From contig JAMWBK010000001.1 in NCBI GenBank assembly GCA_029953675.1, positions 1,260,001 through 1,508,000 on the forward strand: DNA of 248,000 bases. The letters are read 5' to 3'. Both the position numbers and the translations under genes were made by a program. Source of the DNA: Rhodosorus marinus CCMP1338. Lineage: Eukaryota; Plantae; Rhodophyta. Positions 194,601-208,546 of this stretch are shown here, piece by piece (position 1 is the first letter of the stretch; every line of letters begins with the position of its first letter). Below the pieces are notes generated by a model that saw only the letters and a list, made by a program, of their open reading frames with translations, searched no databases and was not told where the DNA came from.

Positions 194601-197600
194601 ATGTTCCCATGGCGCAGACGCACCCGATACGCCCTGAAACAACTTGTTAAGGATCCTCAGAAGCGCGCTCTTGCCAGGCTGGCTCAGGGCCTGCAATAGC
194701 TCTGTTCTTAGTCCGGAGGGTCCGGGACAGCGTCCCCGACGCGAGGTACGAAGCAAATCCTCCAGGTCAGACTCACTGAGCGTCAGATCGATGCGAAACC
194801 TGGCCAACTCCGGACGGTCCAAGAATACCTCGAATTCAGGGACAAATCCACGTCGGACTCAGGGAACAAAGACCACACCGTCTGGGCGAGACTATCATCG
194901 TAGGGGAGGACAGGCGCCTGGCTCCTCCAAAACCCGCGCCGCTCGACTTAAATCGCCCACTGCTACCAATTTCTGTACTCGAGCCGGCACGGGCGACACT
195001 GTGCCATGCCGAGTCCGGACGGGCGGATGGTGCTGACGACGCCAAATAGCTGCGCTGTAGTACTTCGAAGTCTCCCTTCAAGAACAGGGCCAGTCGGTCT
195101 CGTACTCGCCATCTGCGCTCCGATGTGTGAATGGGGGCCAGAATCAGGCGCGGCATGACCCCAGAAAAACCCAAATGACTGTGTCCCGAATGTTGCGAGC
195201 CAGGCTCGTGAAGATGAAATCGAGAATGGTTCCAGCTACTAGAAGGTCTCCACGAGGAAGGACGACTGGGGAATGCCCCCACGGAGGGGAAGCGAGCCTC
195301 CTTCCAAAGAAATCCACCGCCGGAGCCAACTCCGAAAACGCGTACGCCAAATGCCCCAGTCTCCGCCCTCCTTCAGGACATAAGACTGTAGATCCATAGG
195401 CTGCGACCTCGCAGCCGTGCCTGGAAACGCTAATCGTGCTTCTCCCCCTTAGACCCGGGGAGTCGGTCCTCGCTCTCTTACCTCCTATCCGCACCAAAGT
195501 CGTGAGCCGCCCACTCCGCGAGGCTCGCGGAACGGATCCCGCGGGCTTCAGCAAAGTAACCTGGGCGTCCTCCACCGCCATGCCCTCAGTCTGCTCCCCT
195601 TCCTCACCACTCTCGCTGGAAGTAGTGCTGGAAGCAGAGCCCTCCAAAATCCCCACCCGCTGCAGCTCTGTCTTGTAGCGCGAAGTCAGCACAAGTCGCC
195701 TCTCCAGATCGAAGAAACTGGAAACCGCCATGCGCAGGTGACGAAGGCCCGACCGGAACCGCTCCAACAAGATCCTCTCAAGGCGCTGAATCCGTAGCCA
195801 ATGGATCGCTGCCGCCTTCACGCTGCTCTCATGCTCAGAGAGCCCTGCCGTTTCTCCCGGAGACAGGAAATTGCCCGAGAAACGGTCAAAATCGAAGTGC
195901 AAAACCACCTGCGGGTTGCAGCGCAGCCACCGGGCGGTCTCAGGCCACTGCTCGGTAGGCTTCGCCAGCAAGGCCTCCAGGTACTTGGCGGCGGTTTCGG
196001 AGACCAAAAACAGCACATCGCGGCCCTCATAGTTTGCGAAGAAGAAATCACCCCGGCTGCACCCTAACGATTCCGCAAAAGTGTCCCGGAAGTCTCGCAT
196101 AGACGGAACCTGTCCTCGTGTAGTCTGGGGCCGGACATTTCGCACCCACAGAAATTGGAGAGTGGTCTCCACAGGTCCATCCTGAGGCTCGCGAGATGGT
196201 ATGAAACGGAGCATAGCCGCCGTACGTGTGGCAGTGGTGCCCTTCCGCAAGACTGATGCGTACGAAGCGCCCCCCTTGCGGCCACCACGTGCCCCCGAAG
196301 TAGCCGGAGCTGGTGACCACCTGAGGGCTGGTCCAAGAGAGGGAAGTCCACAGCTGCAGTCTCCTCCACACCGGTTGCCGCACAGTCACCACCACCATTG
196401 CCTCGAATCCCCGAGCGCTGAAGCGCGTTTTGGCCCGGCCTGCCGCTCCCCAACGTCGTACTGTCCTGGCGCAGAAGCAACAGCCCTCGCCTGTCCCGGG
196501 ACAGGTTCATGTTGATTGACCTGATGTTGACTGCCTTCAGCCAACGCTGCCACTCTGGGGCAATTCAAATTCTCCTCCGAATTTGAATTTGACCTGGCCA
196601 GCAATCCCGATTCCAGCCCACCTAGCTTCTGGGTGAGCTGAGGGAGCACTCCACGATCACTCGCAGCCGTGATCAGGCTGGTGACAGCGGAGATAAGTGC
196701 ACGCGCCTGGGTGCCAGAAGCGCCTTCCAAGTCAACCTCGGAAGAAAACGTGCCGCAGCTGAGGCGAACACGGAGTCCCCCACCTGGCAGTGCCTCCTTG
196801 GGAGGAGGCTCCGTCGGGCGCGGAGATATCCCTACCATCCTGAGGGAATGCGCAAAGGAAACGTTGCACCACGAACATGAAACCGCACCGAGAGAATAAT
196901 CGACCAAACCCAACCCAAATAGGAAAGGCCCCGCAACACACCCACCCGGAAGACAGAAGTAGTTGCAAATGCAAACGACGCCCCGCGGAAAATCGAGGGG
197001 AAGGCGTACCAGAGGAAGCGCTTCCCGTAAACGAACACGCTCGCGACCGAAAAAGAAACAAAACCCCAATCCTCGACAACAACCACCCCAGACTAGGACT
197101 TTACTCCCCCTGTACTAGGCTCCCCGAAACCGTTCAACCCCGTCTTCCTGACTGGCGAGCTGTATTTGACCGCTCTCGAGGCTCCGCCCCGGGGATTCGT
197201 CCTGCGCCTGAACCTGTTCTAGGGGAGATTGACCCAGTGGTTGCCGCAGAAGAAGAAGTTCCAGTTGATCCTCCTGATGATTCCCAGCGCGCTGGGAGCC
197301 GAGCTCAAGCACGCACGGATGCGCTGCAAAATATCCTTTCTTGGGACTTGCACCGTGCTGCATATGGCCGACTCCTCGCGCAGATGGTCTCATCTTCCCG
197401 CGCTCGCGCCCGCCTACGTAGTCTTGGAGGGGTTATTAGCTCTCAGTGGCTCATGACCGTACCAGCCTTTCCGCCACTCACACTGTCGGATTTCGAAGTG
197501 CGTACTTCCCTGCGCTTATACCTCGGCTTACATCAGCCCCCTTGGCCGTACGAGATGGGTTCGTCGTGCCCTCTCTGCTCTCAGACTGAAGACAACGCAG

Positions 197601-198222
197601 ATTTGGGCGCCCACCTGCTCGCTAGTTGCCCGGCGGTGAAAGGTGCTCGAACCCGCCGCCATACACGGATCTTGAACCTGTTATACCGGGAACTTCGGCC
197701 TATAGTCCGGCAAGCCGGTCTGGAAATCGAACGTGAGAAACCTTTACCCGTCCCGGACTTTCAAAATGATGAACGCCGTGTAGCCGACCTGGTGATCACC
197801 TGTGACGACAGCCGCCGTACCACATACGTTGATCTTGCTGTTCCTAACCCTCAAGCTAGTCGTTATCTCCCGGCTGCGGGGGAGCGCCGTGGATCTGCCG
197901 CCGCCAGCATGAGACGCCGCAAAGAGATCAAATACGCGGGGGCTTTGTCTTCCCCTGGTGTTCGTGCTTCGGCACTAGCACATCGCTTGGTACCCCTGAT
198001 CATTGAGTGCTTTGGATTCATGGACTCTGTTGGTTCTCGCTGGCTTCGGGAGTTGTTCCGCGAACGCCCTGACCGTCTTCAATCGTTGTTTACCCGCTTA
198101 AGTTTCCTGCTGTGGCGCATGAATGCCGCTTTGATGTTGGAGGCGCGAGTACTTCGCCGCGCTTAGTCTTTTTGTCCCCTCGGGGTTTTTTTTTTTCAGC
198201 CTCCGATTAAACCATTCGTTCG
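188657..198222 (+). mobile_element. Full-length family B copy interrupted by a full-length family A copy
   Basis: ORF1 ~188905-190193; ORF2 190186-192279 continuing at 197117-198166. Confidence 0.9.
192280..197108 (-). mobile_element. Full-length family A copy (several frameshifts) nested in family B
   Basis: TSD CCTGTACT; A and C tail units at the 5' junction. Confidence 0.9.
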
Positions 198223-198544
198223 AATATCTTCGTAAAGGGCGGTGTACTTCGAGAACTTCTGCATGAAGTCCTGTAGAAAATTCTCTTCTGAAAGCGTTGA
198301 CGCAGTATCCATTGTATCCGCTGGATTATCACCACTGGTAACCTCATGTACATACTGCTCAGAGTTCTCTTCGATTTCCCCCTCCTCAAGCTGAGCAGCG
198401 GGGCAGCAATTGTCTCCTCCAGGGGGCACTCTCATCGCTCAAGGTTCCCTCCCCACCCCGGGAGGGGGGGGGGGTTCTCCAACGTTCGTCATCACTCTCA
198501 AATAATCATTTCTTATACCACTACCAGATTCCAGACTAACTTCC

Positions 198545-199370
198545 CACCCCAGACTACCCCAGACTACCCCAGACTACCCCAGACCAACGTAACCGTCAGA
198601 CTAACGTACCCCAGACTAACGTAACTTCAGATTAAAGTAACTGTAAGCTTTACTGGGGAGCTGCCTACTGCAGCGTAACACTACTTCTATCGCTATCTAG
198701 GGGAGTATTTACCGGAATCCCGCTACCGGGGTCTCATGCTACTTTCAAAAGAAAAAAGAGGGACCAGTGGATTGTCCAACTGGTCCACGCGCTAAGCGCC
198801 TAGGGCGGTCTCTGCATTACCTCGCCGTAGTTGCCTGTTGATCTGCGATCTTACATCGCTCAGCTCCTCGCTCCCGTGCAATAGGTGTTTGCAGCTGACC
198901 AGCAGAAACTCCTGTGCCATATGTTTCTACCGCAATTGGGATGAACTTGTCATCCGGGTGTTCTATCGTCATCGCCTGCTTGTAGTGCGCTTTCTTCCAG
199001 CTCTCTGCACATCTTGCTGAATATCCATTCTGCGCCTCACTTCGCAACAGATACTTCCCTTGCAGAGGAGACGCAACCGTCACGTCCAGTGCATATCGTT
199101 GAAATGTCCTCGGATGCGTAGCAATGAAGTCTGGCCGTAGCCCGTAGTACTTCTCTGGTTCCTGCTCGATGTCCAGAAAGTTCCACCTGTTCAGCCTGCT
199201 TGCGATCTCCGTGCATATCTCGTCATGCCTACGTTGCCACAGACCAGTCGACGTGGGGCAATGATGAAAGCGTTGTACTCCGTTTGCACCGTGTTTACCA
199301 CGGCATCGAGTACGCTTTTCCGTAGTCCGCAGCCCCGGAATCGGTTGCCCCAGTAGTTGTCGGATATAAC
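198545..199370 (-). mobile_element. Family C 3' portion with a long tandem tail
   Basis: RLE motifs; (CCCCAGACTA)n on + strand. Confidence 0.85.
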
Positions 199371-199469
199371 CCAAGACTAACGTAACCCCGTAGCCTTTAT
199401 TGGGCAGCTAGCTAATGCAGCGCATCACACGATCACTACGTACGCACTAATCAAACCTGGACTCCCTGT

Positions 199470-202400
199470 CCAGGAGTCTCATCTAAATTCTACTTAGGGG
199501 AAATATCGGTCTATCTGCGCGATCTTTCTCGATCGCGTGCTCAACTAGCGCAGCATTGTGCTGCCACAAAATGCGGTTTAATTGACCCCTCACCGACGAT
199601 AGATGGGAGTCACGATCATGCAGGTGCGTGCTCGCCGTTCGAAGAAATTCAAGGCTTGCCTCGCCCATTCGACCAAAACTCTCAAAAATGAACGGCACAA
199701 CAACCACATCTCGGTTTTCCCCCCTCAGCACTTCCTTATAATGCAACTGGACTTTACTGGACTTTACTAGCATAGCCTGAAGCGCTACGCAAGGCGTGAA
199801 GATGAACTAATAACTAGGGAGGGAAGCATGCAACCCCAGGCGCCGATGGCGCGCCTCGGAAAGCATGTCGCTGGAATATCGCCAAAGGGAGACACTTAAA
199901 CGCCTCAAGAGCGCCAAATATTCAGTAGGATGCTCAGCAAAACATTTCCGCAACCACTCTAAACCCGACTTATCGACGTGACCAAAGCTTTCCACAATGA
200001 ATGGCTGGAACCGGTGAGAGCGACCCTCAGCGCAAGGCAGACTGGCCATGCTCTCAGCATACCGTCGTTCCTTAACTCTTCGAAGGGCTGAAGCCGCGGC
200101 CCCCCGGCGGCGGGCGGCTGCGGTGAGGTGGGCGCTGGCCACGGGGCAGGTAATCGCAAGGTCCACATATGTTGAGCGTCTGGCAGCAGCGTCGGAGACG
200201 AGGAGATCGGCTATACAACGGGGCGGTGCAGAGTCCGAGATGGATCTGGGCAGTTCCGACTCAACCTCAACCGTATGCCCTATCCGAGTCAAAAATTCGC
200301 TGAGGATGTACTTGAGGCGAGTGTGACGCCTCGTACGGAGACCTCTCAACAGTCCGCAGGAACCCAGGAAGTGGTAGCCACAAGCGTCAATCCGGCTCTC
200401 ACATCCCTGACAGAAAGACGGCCGATTAGAGTGCCACGGAGCCTGTGGCAAACCGAGATAGATGCGTGCGGCAGAACGGAACTGGAAAGCATCGAGACGA
200501 TGACTCAATGACGACGGTAGAGTGGTTAACCACAAGTGTGAGAGGTGGCCTCCCATGCCGCGGAGACGAGCGGCAGTGGTAGGCGGCGTGAGAGGAGAAT
200601 TGAGCATGACTGTGTGAGCGGCACTGTGTTGGCCCCAGGTGAGGCTATGTTGAATCACATCAGTGCGGGAGCTCCACAATCGGCTCAAACCCGGGTAGTC
200701 TGCAACAGGGGACCCGGGGCTAGCCTCTCCGTCATCGGCAAGAACTCGGTCGAGGGGACAATCCTCAATCGCTTCAGCTCGTCCCCATAACAGCTCCCTC
200801 CAGGAACGAAAGCGGGACCGATTTGCGTCCGGCACGGCGTTGCACCTCCTGAACGCGTGTTGAAGACCATCATAAATTGTCAAAAGCGGGGGCGGCAGGG
200901 TCACTGGATCCTCGTTGGTCAAAGCTCGAGCCAAGAGGCAGGCACTTCGCATCCGGAAGGTCACCAACGTTCGCAGCGCGGTAGCCCAGGAGGCAACCGC
201001 CGCTGGCGAGCATACCAGCCCACGGTCTGCGACGCCGAATCCCCCTAATCGCAACGGTAGAGCGATCTGTGCACGAATAAAGTCCCTGTCGGGAGCAGCT
201101 TCAAGATCGAGGGGCTCATCCAAGAGCGTTCCCCAGTGTTGCAGGGTCATTTCGTCGGCTTTAGCCGCGATCCACGAGCCCCAAGCTGGAGGCAGGCTGC
201201 GCAACCAGTAGTTGAGTCTGGGACCGGCACAAAAGCGGGAAAGCAAGCAGGCCGATTGCAGCATGCTGTCGGGTAGGTGCTCAATGGCGTCGGTGAGTTG
201301 CTTGTGCCGTGCCAAAACTCGCTCGCAGGATGCTTGGACAAAGTTGTCAGTCCCCAATCCGACGCCGTGGTGTTCGAACCCTTCACGTTCGCTGATTAGT
201401 CGCAGAGTGGGTGGCAGAGAGTTCAGCGACACGTCCCTCGGGGGGAGAAAGCGACATTTTTCTGTTTCCACAGTCAAACCGACGCGACGTGCAATCGCTT
201501 CGATCGCGGTCAGTCCCCTAGCCAGGGTGTCAGGGGTGCCCAGCAATGTTACGTCATCGTGGTACGCGCAGATTCGAAGATCCGAGACCTCAGTCGAAAG
201601 ACGTAAAAGTACGAGCTGTAGGGCACAGGCATGAAGAAGAGGTCCGCAAGGGTCGCCTTGTTGGACGCCAGTATGTGCTTGAAAAACAGTGCCCTCCGTT
201701 GTCAAGTAGGGGAGGCTCTCCCCTCCGTAAATACCCGATAGAAACGGCCACGCCTCCGGAAACACACGTCGGAGCACCTCTAGCGCATGCGTCCGCGACA
201801 CGCTGTTGAATGCGTTCCGGAAATCAACCACCAAGACTCCCCACTCCGGCCTACTGGCGCGTTCTAGCTCGATCCCATGGGTGATCAGTTCGCAACCCCC
201901 AGAAAATCCCACCCCTACTTGCAAGGGCGCCATAAAAGCTGTGACGCGCTGGCGAAGGCGCTGGCATAGCCACCTCCCGGCTAACTTCCGTAGGCTCTCC
202001 ACCATCCCGATCGGCCGGAGACGCGGGTGGGCCGGCTGGTGGTCAGGTTTCGTGAGCAAGCAAAGCTGTGCCTGCCGGAGATGTTCCCATGGCGCGGACG
202101 CACCCGATACGCCCTGGAACAACTTGTTAAGGATCCTCAGAAGCGCGCTCTGGCCAGGCTGGCTCAGGGCCTGCAATAGCTCTGTTCTTAGTCCGGAGGG
202201 TCCAGGACAGCGTCCCCGACGCGAGGTACGAAGCAAATCCTCCAGGTCAGACTCACTGAGCGTCAGATCGATGCGAAACCTGGCCAACTCCGGACGGTCC
202301 AAGAATACCTCGAATTCAGGGGACAAATCCACGTCGGACTCAGGGAACAAAGACGACACCGTCTGGGCGAGACTATCATCGTAGGGGAGGACAGGCGCCT

Positions 202401-204240
202401 GGCCCTCCAAAACCCGCGCCGCTCGACTTAAATCGCCCACTGCTACCAATTTCTGTACTCGAGCTGGCACGGGCGACACTGTGCCATGCCGAGTCCGACG
202501 GGCGGATGGTGCTGACGACGCCAAATAGCTGCGCTGTAGTACTTCGAAGTCTCCCTTCAAGAACAGGGCCAGTCGGTCTCGTACTCGCCATCTGCGCTCC
202601 GATGTGTGAATGGGGGCCAGAATCATGCGCGGCATGACCCCCAGAAAAACCCAAATGACTGTGTCCCGAATGTTGCGAGCCAGGCTCGTGAAGATGAAAT
202701 CGAGAATGGTTCCAGCTACCAGAAGGTCTCCACGAGGAAGGACGACTGGGGGAATGCCCCAAACTGGACTTTACTAGCATAGCCTGAAGCGCTACGCAAG
202801 GCGTGAAGATGAACTAATAACTAGGGAGGGAAGCATGCAACCCCAGGCGCCGATGGCGCGCCTCGGAAAGCATGTGGCTGGAATATCGCCAAAGGGAGAC
202901 ACTTAAACGCCTCAAGAGCGCCAAATATTCAGTAGGATGCTCAGCAAAACATTTCCGCAACCACTCTAAACCCGACTTATCGACGTGACCAAAGCTTTCC
203001 ACAATGAATGGCTGGAACCGGTGAGAGCGACCCTCAGCGCAAGGCAGACTGGCCATGCTCTCAGCATACCGTCGTTCCTTAACTCTTCGAAGGGCTGAAG
203101 CCGCGGCCCCCCGGCGGCGGGCGGCTGCGGTGAGGTGGGCGCTGGCCACGGGGCAGGTAATCGCAAGGTCCACATATGTTGAGCGTCTGGCAGCAGCGTC
203201 GGAGACGAGGCACGCCTTCGCTTGTTCTGCTTGTTTCGCAGCATGCCCGCAGTTCCAGCTCGTATGTTTCAACTGATGCCTTTGAAGTGGCGATGTCACC
203301 ATCACATCCACCACGTACACGCATCCGCTCGTCGGGTGTCGTCCAACGATGTCTGGGAGAATTCCAGACCCAGAAAAGAACCCCTGAGGCTCTACTTGTA
203401 TCTCCGTGAAATTCCATAGGTGTAACCATTGACTCAGTTCGACCTTTAGCTCGTCGTGCCTCTTGGTTCGCATCCCCGATGACGTCCTGCAGTGGTGCAG
203501 CCGCTGGATCCCACGCACATCGTGTGGTTGCTCGCAGACTGTGCACGTGTGTGACCGGCCTAGTCCTTGCAGTGGTGGCCTTAGAAGCATCCGGATGCTC
203601 CACAACATCTCATTTCGTGTCAACTGCCGCGGCCCTGTACTAAGACAGTCGCGTAGCCAGACCCCGCACCCCGTTCCAGATGCCGATCCGATCCTATCCC
203701 GGTCTATGTCGTCCAGTGTTGAGTCTCCAGTAAGCTCCTCAAAGGCTTGTCGGTGACACTCTCGAGAGAGTGTTTTTTTGGATCGGACCGTCAAACCTTT
203801 GGGTACCTGCTGTGTCTTCTGCTGTGCCTTCGGCCGAGTCCTCCAGCGGTTGCCAATCGGCCAGCCTCTGGATGCGTGCACTGGTGGTCGCTGGCAAACG
203901 TCGTCTAATTGCGCGACTTGCCTGGACCAGTTGCCAAGCAAATGCATCGGTTGTCCATCGAAGTCGCACCCGTGGCAGCGATTCTCCTTGTGCTGCCGCA
204001 ATACGCTCCTGGGAAAGCCGTTCGAGGTAGCGTGATTCTGTGGTGTTCTCTTGCACGCTGTGTTTCCACCCTGCATGGAAGGGAACTGGTTGAATTCTCG
204101 TGCGCGTGGCAAAGCCAAGTCCTCCCCATCGACACGGGAGTCGAACCTGTTTCTCAACCGCTGCAGCCCCACGTGCGGTGATATCCTGGTGTTGACATAG
204201 GCCTCCACACATGCTTTCAAGCTCCGAGAGGGTGATCGCG
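199470..204240 (-). mobile_element. Family D element interrupted by two family A copies (199748-202760 and 202765-203210)
   Basis: D ORF continues across the insertions: ..AKQAEQAK / LHYKEVLRGE..FIFESFGRMG. Confidence 0.8.
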
Positions 204241-204827
204241 TCCGCCTCGCCCCCCCAGACTAATGTAGCTAGAAAGCGGTGAACTCGTAGTGGGGGTTCC
204301 ATGTTGACATCAAGCTCGTACTGCTCGCCCGTGTCGTGATGACGAACAACACTGTCGGGTCGAAGACAACTACTCTCAAAGAGCCCGGAGGGGTTCAACT
204401 TGAATCTCAAGAGGGTACCACCGTCGTAGGTGACGCGCAACGCAAGTTCATCGCGAATGCAATTATGTCACTGAGTCCAATTCCCGGCCGAGGCAGAGCA
204501 TTGGAATAAGCGTTGTGACAAGAAGTATGCAACCAAGTTTTCCTGCCCAGTCAAATTCTGTCTTATTTATTTCAATTCCGAAGCTTCAAACCAAAGGTTT
204601 TCAATCCACAGACCATCGTAACCACAACCACGTAATAGTATCCATTATTGGGCAGCTGCCTAACGCAGAACAGTACTGCCTGGCCAATGTCACAGAGCAC
204701 CAAGCAACATCCAAAGTCATCTTTCTCTCCTGCATTGGGGCCAGCGCGCCGACTCGAGCTCCCAACGGATCCTCTCCAAACAGATTGTATGAGCTAATCT
204801 GGTACAACTCAAAAGAGGAAACATGCT

Positions 204828-206081
204828 CTAGCCTATTCGGTATAAATTAGACCATGTGCCCACGTAGTAATCGTCCCCTTCTCCACCAACCAAAATATCG
204901 TTTCCCCCACTAGATCCCAGAGGACCCACGAAAATATCGTTTCCTCGTCCGCCATATATCCTGTCCTGCTGACGATCAAAACCTCCGTTACTGAAATAAT
205001 CGTCTCCAGTCTGCCCGTACATGATGTCCGCCATATGGTGGCTTCCCGCTGACCAGAAGCGATCGTCGCCGTCACCTCCCAGGCCTTTCCCGGCCATAAA
205101 AAGAATATCATCACCATCATCTCCATAGAAAGTATTGAAATCAATGGACGTGTCGTACAAAAAGTCGTCCCCGTCGCCGCCAACGTGTTTGTCCACACCA
205201 CTTCCACCTAGTATTCTATCATCATCTTTACCTCCATACATTTTATCATTACCGTCGTGGCCATATATGTAGTCTCTACCACTACCTCCTCTGATACTAT
205301 CATTACCGTCCCCACCAAAGATCACGTCATCACCCCCTAGTCCGTCTATCTTGTCGTTTCCTCCCATACCGTAGATGTAGTCCTTCCAGGGAGTTCCGCG
205401 GATCACGTCATCCCCCTCCGTTCCATAAATCACATTCCTACAGATCGTGCTCAAAGAGCATATTCGATCTCCCCCGCTACGCTTCTTGCACTTTTCGGAG
205501 GTAACAGCACGCGTAAGACGTACAACCTCGCTGTCAACATCTATCATGTCGACCTCTGCCACAAAGCATGGAAAGCAACAATCACCATGTTGAGTTTTCG
205601 GGATGTCTTTCATCTTCACAGTAAACTTCAACCTGTTTGAGTAGTCAAGCACATTCTCAAACGAGAATTCGTCGCTGTGGAAGAACTTCGTGGTTCCAAA
205701 CGGTATCCGCTCACAGTCGGAATGGAAACCGAAACGGTATCCCTTGATCAGGTGGGTGATCTTCGAATAATCCGCAGGCCTCCTAAGGAATTTACCGTTC
205801 ACGTCATACCGAGCGTCGAGCTTTACCACGATATCCTTTCCTGAGACTTTTATAGTCACCCTGACAACTCTCTTGGTGAATCCCTTGAAAGAAAGCACAT
205901 AGTTCGCATCCGGAAGTCTTTTGACAATATTGTCCTCGTTTACCACCGACTTGCATGTTGCAGGTCTTGCAGCCAGCAGCTCACCCAACTCAATCCTCTT
206001 GTCAGTGGGCACCCCAAGGCCGCCGTGGAAAACCACAAACACAACCAGGCAGACTAGCAAACACTCAACCTTACCAGACAT
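204828..206081 (-). CDS. Secreted Cys-rich + RTX repeat protein, subfamily 2
   Basis: Signal peptide; FGFHSDCERIP..CCFPC; more than 10 GGxGxD repeats. Confidence 0.82.
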   Translation of the reverse strand: MSGKVECLLVCLVVFVVFHGGLGVPTDKRIELGELLAARPATCKSVVNEDNIVKRLPDANYVLSFKGFTKRVVRVTIKVSGKDIVVKLDARYDVNGKFLRRPADYSKITHLIKGYRFGFHSDCERIPFGTTKFFHSDEFSFENVLDYSNRLKFTVKMKDIPKTQHGDCCFPCFVAEVDMIDVDSEVVRLTRAVTSEKCKKRSGGDRICSLSTICRNVIYGTEGDDVIRGTPWKDYIYGMGGNDKIDGLGGDDVIFGGDGNDSIRGGSGRDYIYGHDGNDKMYGGKDDDRILGGSGVDKHVGGDGDDFLYDTSIDFNTFYGDDGDDILFMAGKGLGGDGDDRFWSAGSHHMADIMYGQTGDDYFSNGGFDRQQDRIYGGRGNDIFVGPLGSSGGNDILVGGEGDDYYVGTWSNLYRIG

Positions 206082-206549
206082 CTTGCAATCAAGCGCAAAT
206101 CAGGAAAACATAAGAAAACGAAGCATACAACACCAAGCCCCTTTCAGCTCATAGCCCGCCCTACTCCACAACACCCCCTTCCCATAGAAGCTCCAGTGCC
206201 TCGCGCCCTTTTAAGTACCCTTCACGCCTAGCGTAGCGCTATAATCGTGAAACCAGTACATTCCAAAAAATAATCACGGCGATCACCGCGATATCGTCGG
206301 CAACCCAAGTCGCTCATCTACTCGCACAGACGAGGGTAAAAACTCCTCCGACTGTACTCCGACTGTACTCCAGCAAAACTGGTTTTTACCAAATAAAACC
206401 AGCCAACTGTACTCCGACCGGTGTTTCGGGAGCGGAGACAAAAAAAAAACACCAACCTACAAACCACCCAAGTAATACAAGCGCAGCCCACATACGTCCC
206501 CAGATAGCTAATCCAAACACCGTTGAAGTGAACGTTTACCTGCAGTGAA

Positions 206550-208246
206550 TGAATGGTTTAATCGGAGGCTGAAAAAAAAAAAACCCCCGAGGGGAAAAAA
206601 AGACTAAGCGCGGCGAAGTACTCGCGCCTCCAACATCAAAGCGGCATTCATGCGCCACAGCAGGAAACTTAAGCGGGTAAACAACGATTGAAGACGGTCA
206701 GGGCGTTCGCGGAACAACTCCCGAAGCCAGCGAGAACCAACAGAGTCCATGAACCCAAAGCACTCAATGATCAGGGGTACCAAGCGATGTGCTAGTGCCG
206801 AAGCACGAACACCAGGGGAAGACAAAGCCCCCGCGTATTTGATCTCTTTGCGGCGTCTCATGCTGGCGGCGGCAGATCCACGGCGCTCCCCCGCAGCCGG
206901 GAGATAACGACTAGCTTGAGGGTTGGGAACAGCAAGATCAACGTATGTGGTACGGCGGCTGTCGTCACAGGTTATCACCAGGTCGGCTACACGGCGTTCA
207001 TCATTTTGAAAGTCCGCGACGGGTAAAGGTTTCTCACGTTCGATTTCCAGACCGGCTTGCTGCCACGCTGTACCTGCAGTACAGTGTGTTTGTAAAACCA
207101 TCCACCATAGGAAGTAGTCTTCTACCCCGCTCTGGGGTCTCCTTAGCCTAGCCCCCTCCTGCTTTGCTTGCATCTCCATAGCGCTACATTCGGTAGTTTG
207201 AATAAACGGAAACAGTGAAAGCTATCAACGTCATTAACCACCATAGTCCCCCCCTAAGCGGTCAGACTATTAGTTCGAATGAATCCTGACCGATAGCAGG
207301 TGTAGCGGGTGTACTCCACTGACCACACTAGCTCGGGGTGGGAGGGGGGGGGAATCTCATACGGTGAATGAATGGGCAAAATCGACGACTGGAAAAGCGG
207401 GAATTGGAGAAGAAGACTAGGTGTAGCGAAGATAGGGGAATCTGTTGCGGCGGTTGGCATCCGCCGTCCAAATTTACAGTTGCGTTCGGTGAACTTCGGC
207501 AGGAGACGTTTTAGTACGGATATGTAAATGCGGGCATGGTGTTTTCTGGTATTTTCTGGTAAGACCATCAACTAGCAAGCGGGCGATCCATTCCGATGTA
207601 TCGCGCTGACTTCTTTTTGGCTTTGTGCGGTTGAAACCTTCTCTGCGGGAGGTATTCCGCGACCGCGCCACACCCCCGTCTTCAATCGTTGTTTACCCGG
207701 CTTGAGTTTCTTGTTGTGGAGTATGGACGCTGTTTTGAAATTGAAGGTGTGCGCGACCTTTGCCGAAGACGCGTTAGTCTTCTTCAGTCTCCGATAAATA
207801 AACCATTTCGCTTTTTGCTACAACAAAATCCCTCCCCCCAAAAAAATAAAACAAGGAAAAACCAGCGTAGAGCAGTTCTTGATTAGATTGTTTCGACTAA
207901 ATAATTTCCAACTGTTTCGAGGGAAAAAAAAAAAGCGAAACGGCGAGTCGGCAAAGTGTACCCCAGCAGTGGTCCCCTGGTGTTCGTGCTTCGGCACTAG
208001 CACATCGCTTGGTACCCCTGATCATTGAGTGCTTTGGGTTCATGGACTCTGTTGGTTCTCGCTGGCTTCGGGAGTTGTTCCGCGAACGCCCTGACCGTCT
208101 TCAATCGTTGTTTACCCGCTTAAGTTTCCTGCTGTGGCGCATGAATGCCGCTTTGATGTTGGAGGCGCGAGTACTTCGCCGCGCTTAGTCTTTTTTTCCC
208201 CTCGGGGTTTTTTTTTTTTTCAGCCTCCGATTAAACCATTCATTCA
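206550..208246. mobile_element. Two family B 3' fragments (206550-207060 -, 207975-208246 +)
   Basis: RLE C-termini and tails. Confidence 0.85.
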
Positions 208247-208546
208247 GCAGTGGTCGCAGCGGGAGTACACACCCGCCTAGTGGATGCTGTGGGCGATGGT
208301 TGTGCTGGAGATGGGTTGGTGGGATGTTTCTTTTGTCTTTCTAAGTAGATCTGGACCAAGATGCTGCACAGTTTCTCCAAAGGGGATTGTACTGATACTT
208401 GTGTTCAAGATGGTACTTAAGGTCGTATGGGGTGATGGAATTTGGGCCAGGAGAGGGTGTCGGGGGAGGACTGGCGAGCTGAAGCCTTTTTATTGGAGTA
208501 AGGGTTTGGATCTCTTTTTTTTTAAAGTCTGAGCTTGGTTTTCAAG

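Noticed and set aside
198545-198620. G-rich tandem repeats resembling telomeric arrays
   Set aside because: Always attached to family C 3' ends and short; no true telomere array seen
202814-204220. 468-aa D/A chimeric ORF (196877-198166 is similar)
   Set aside because: Produced by nested insertions; lacks RT
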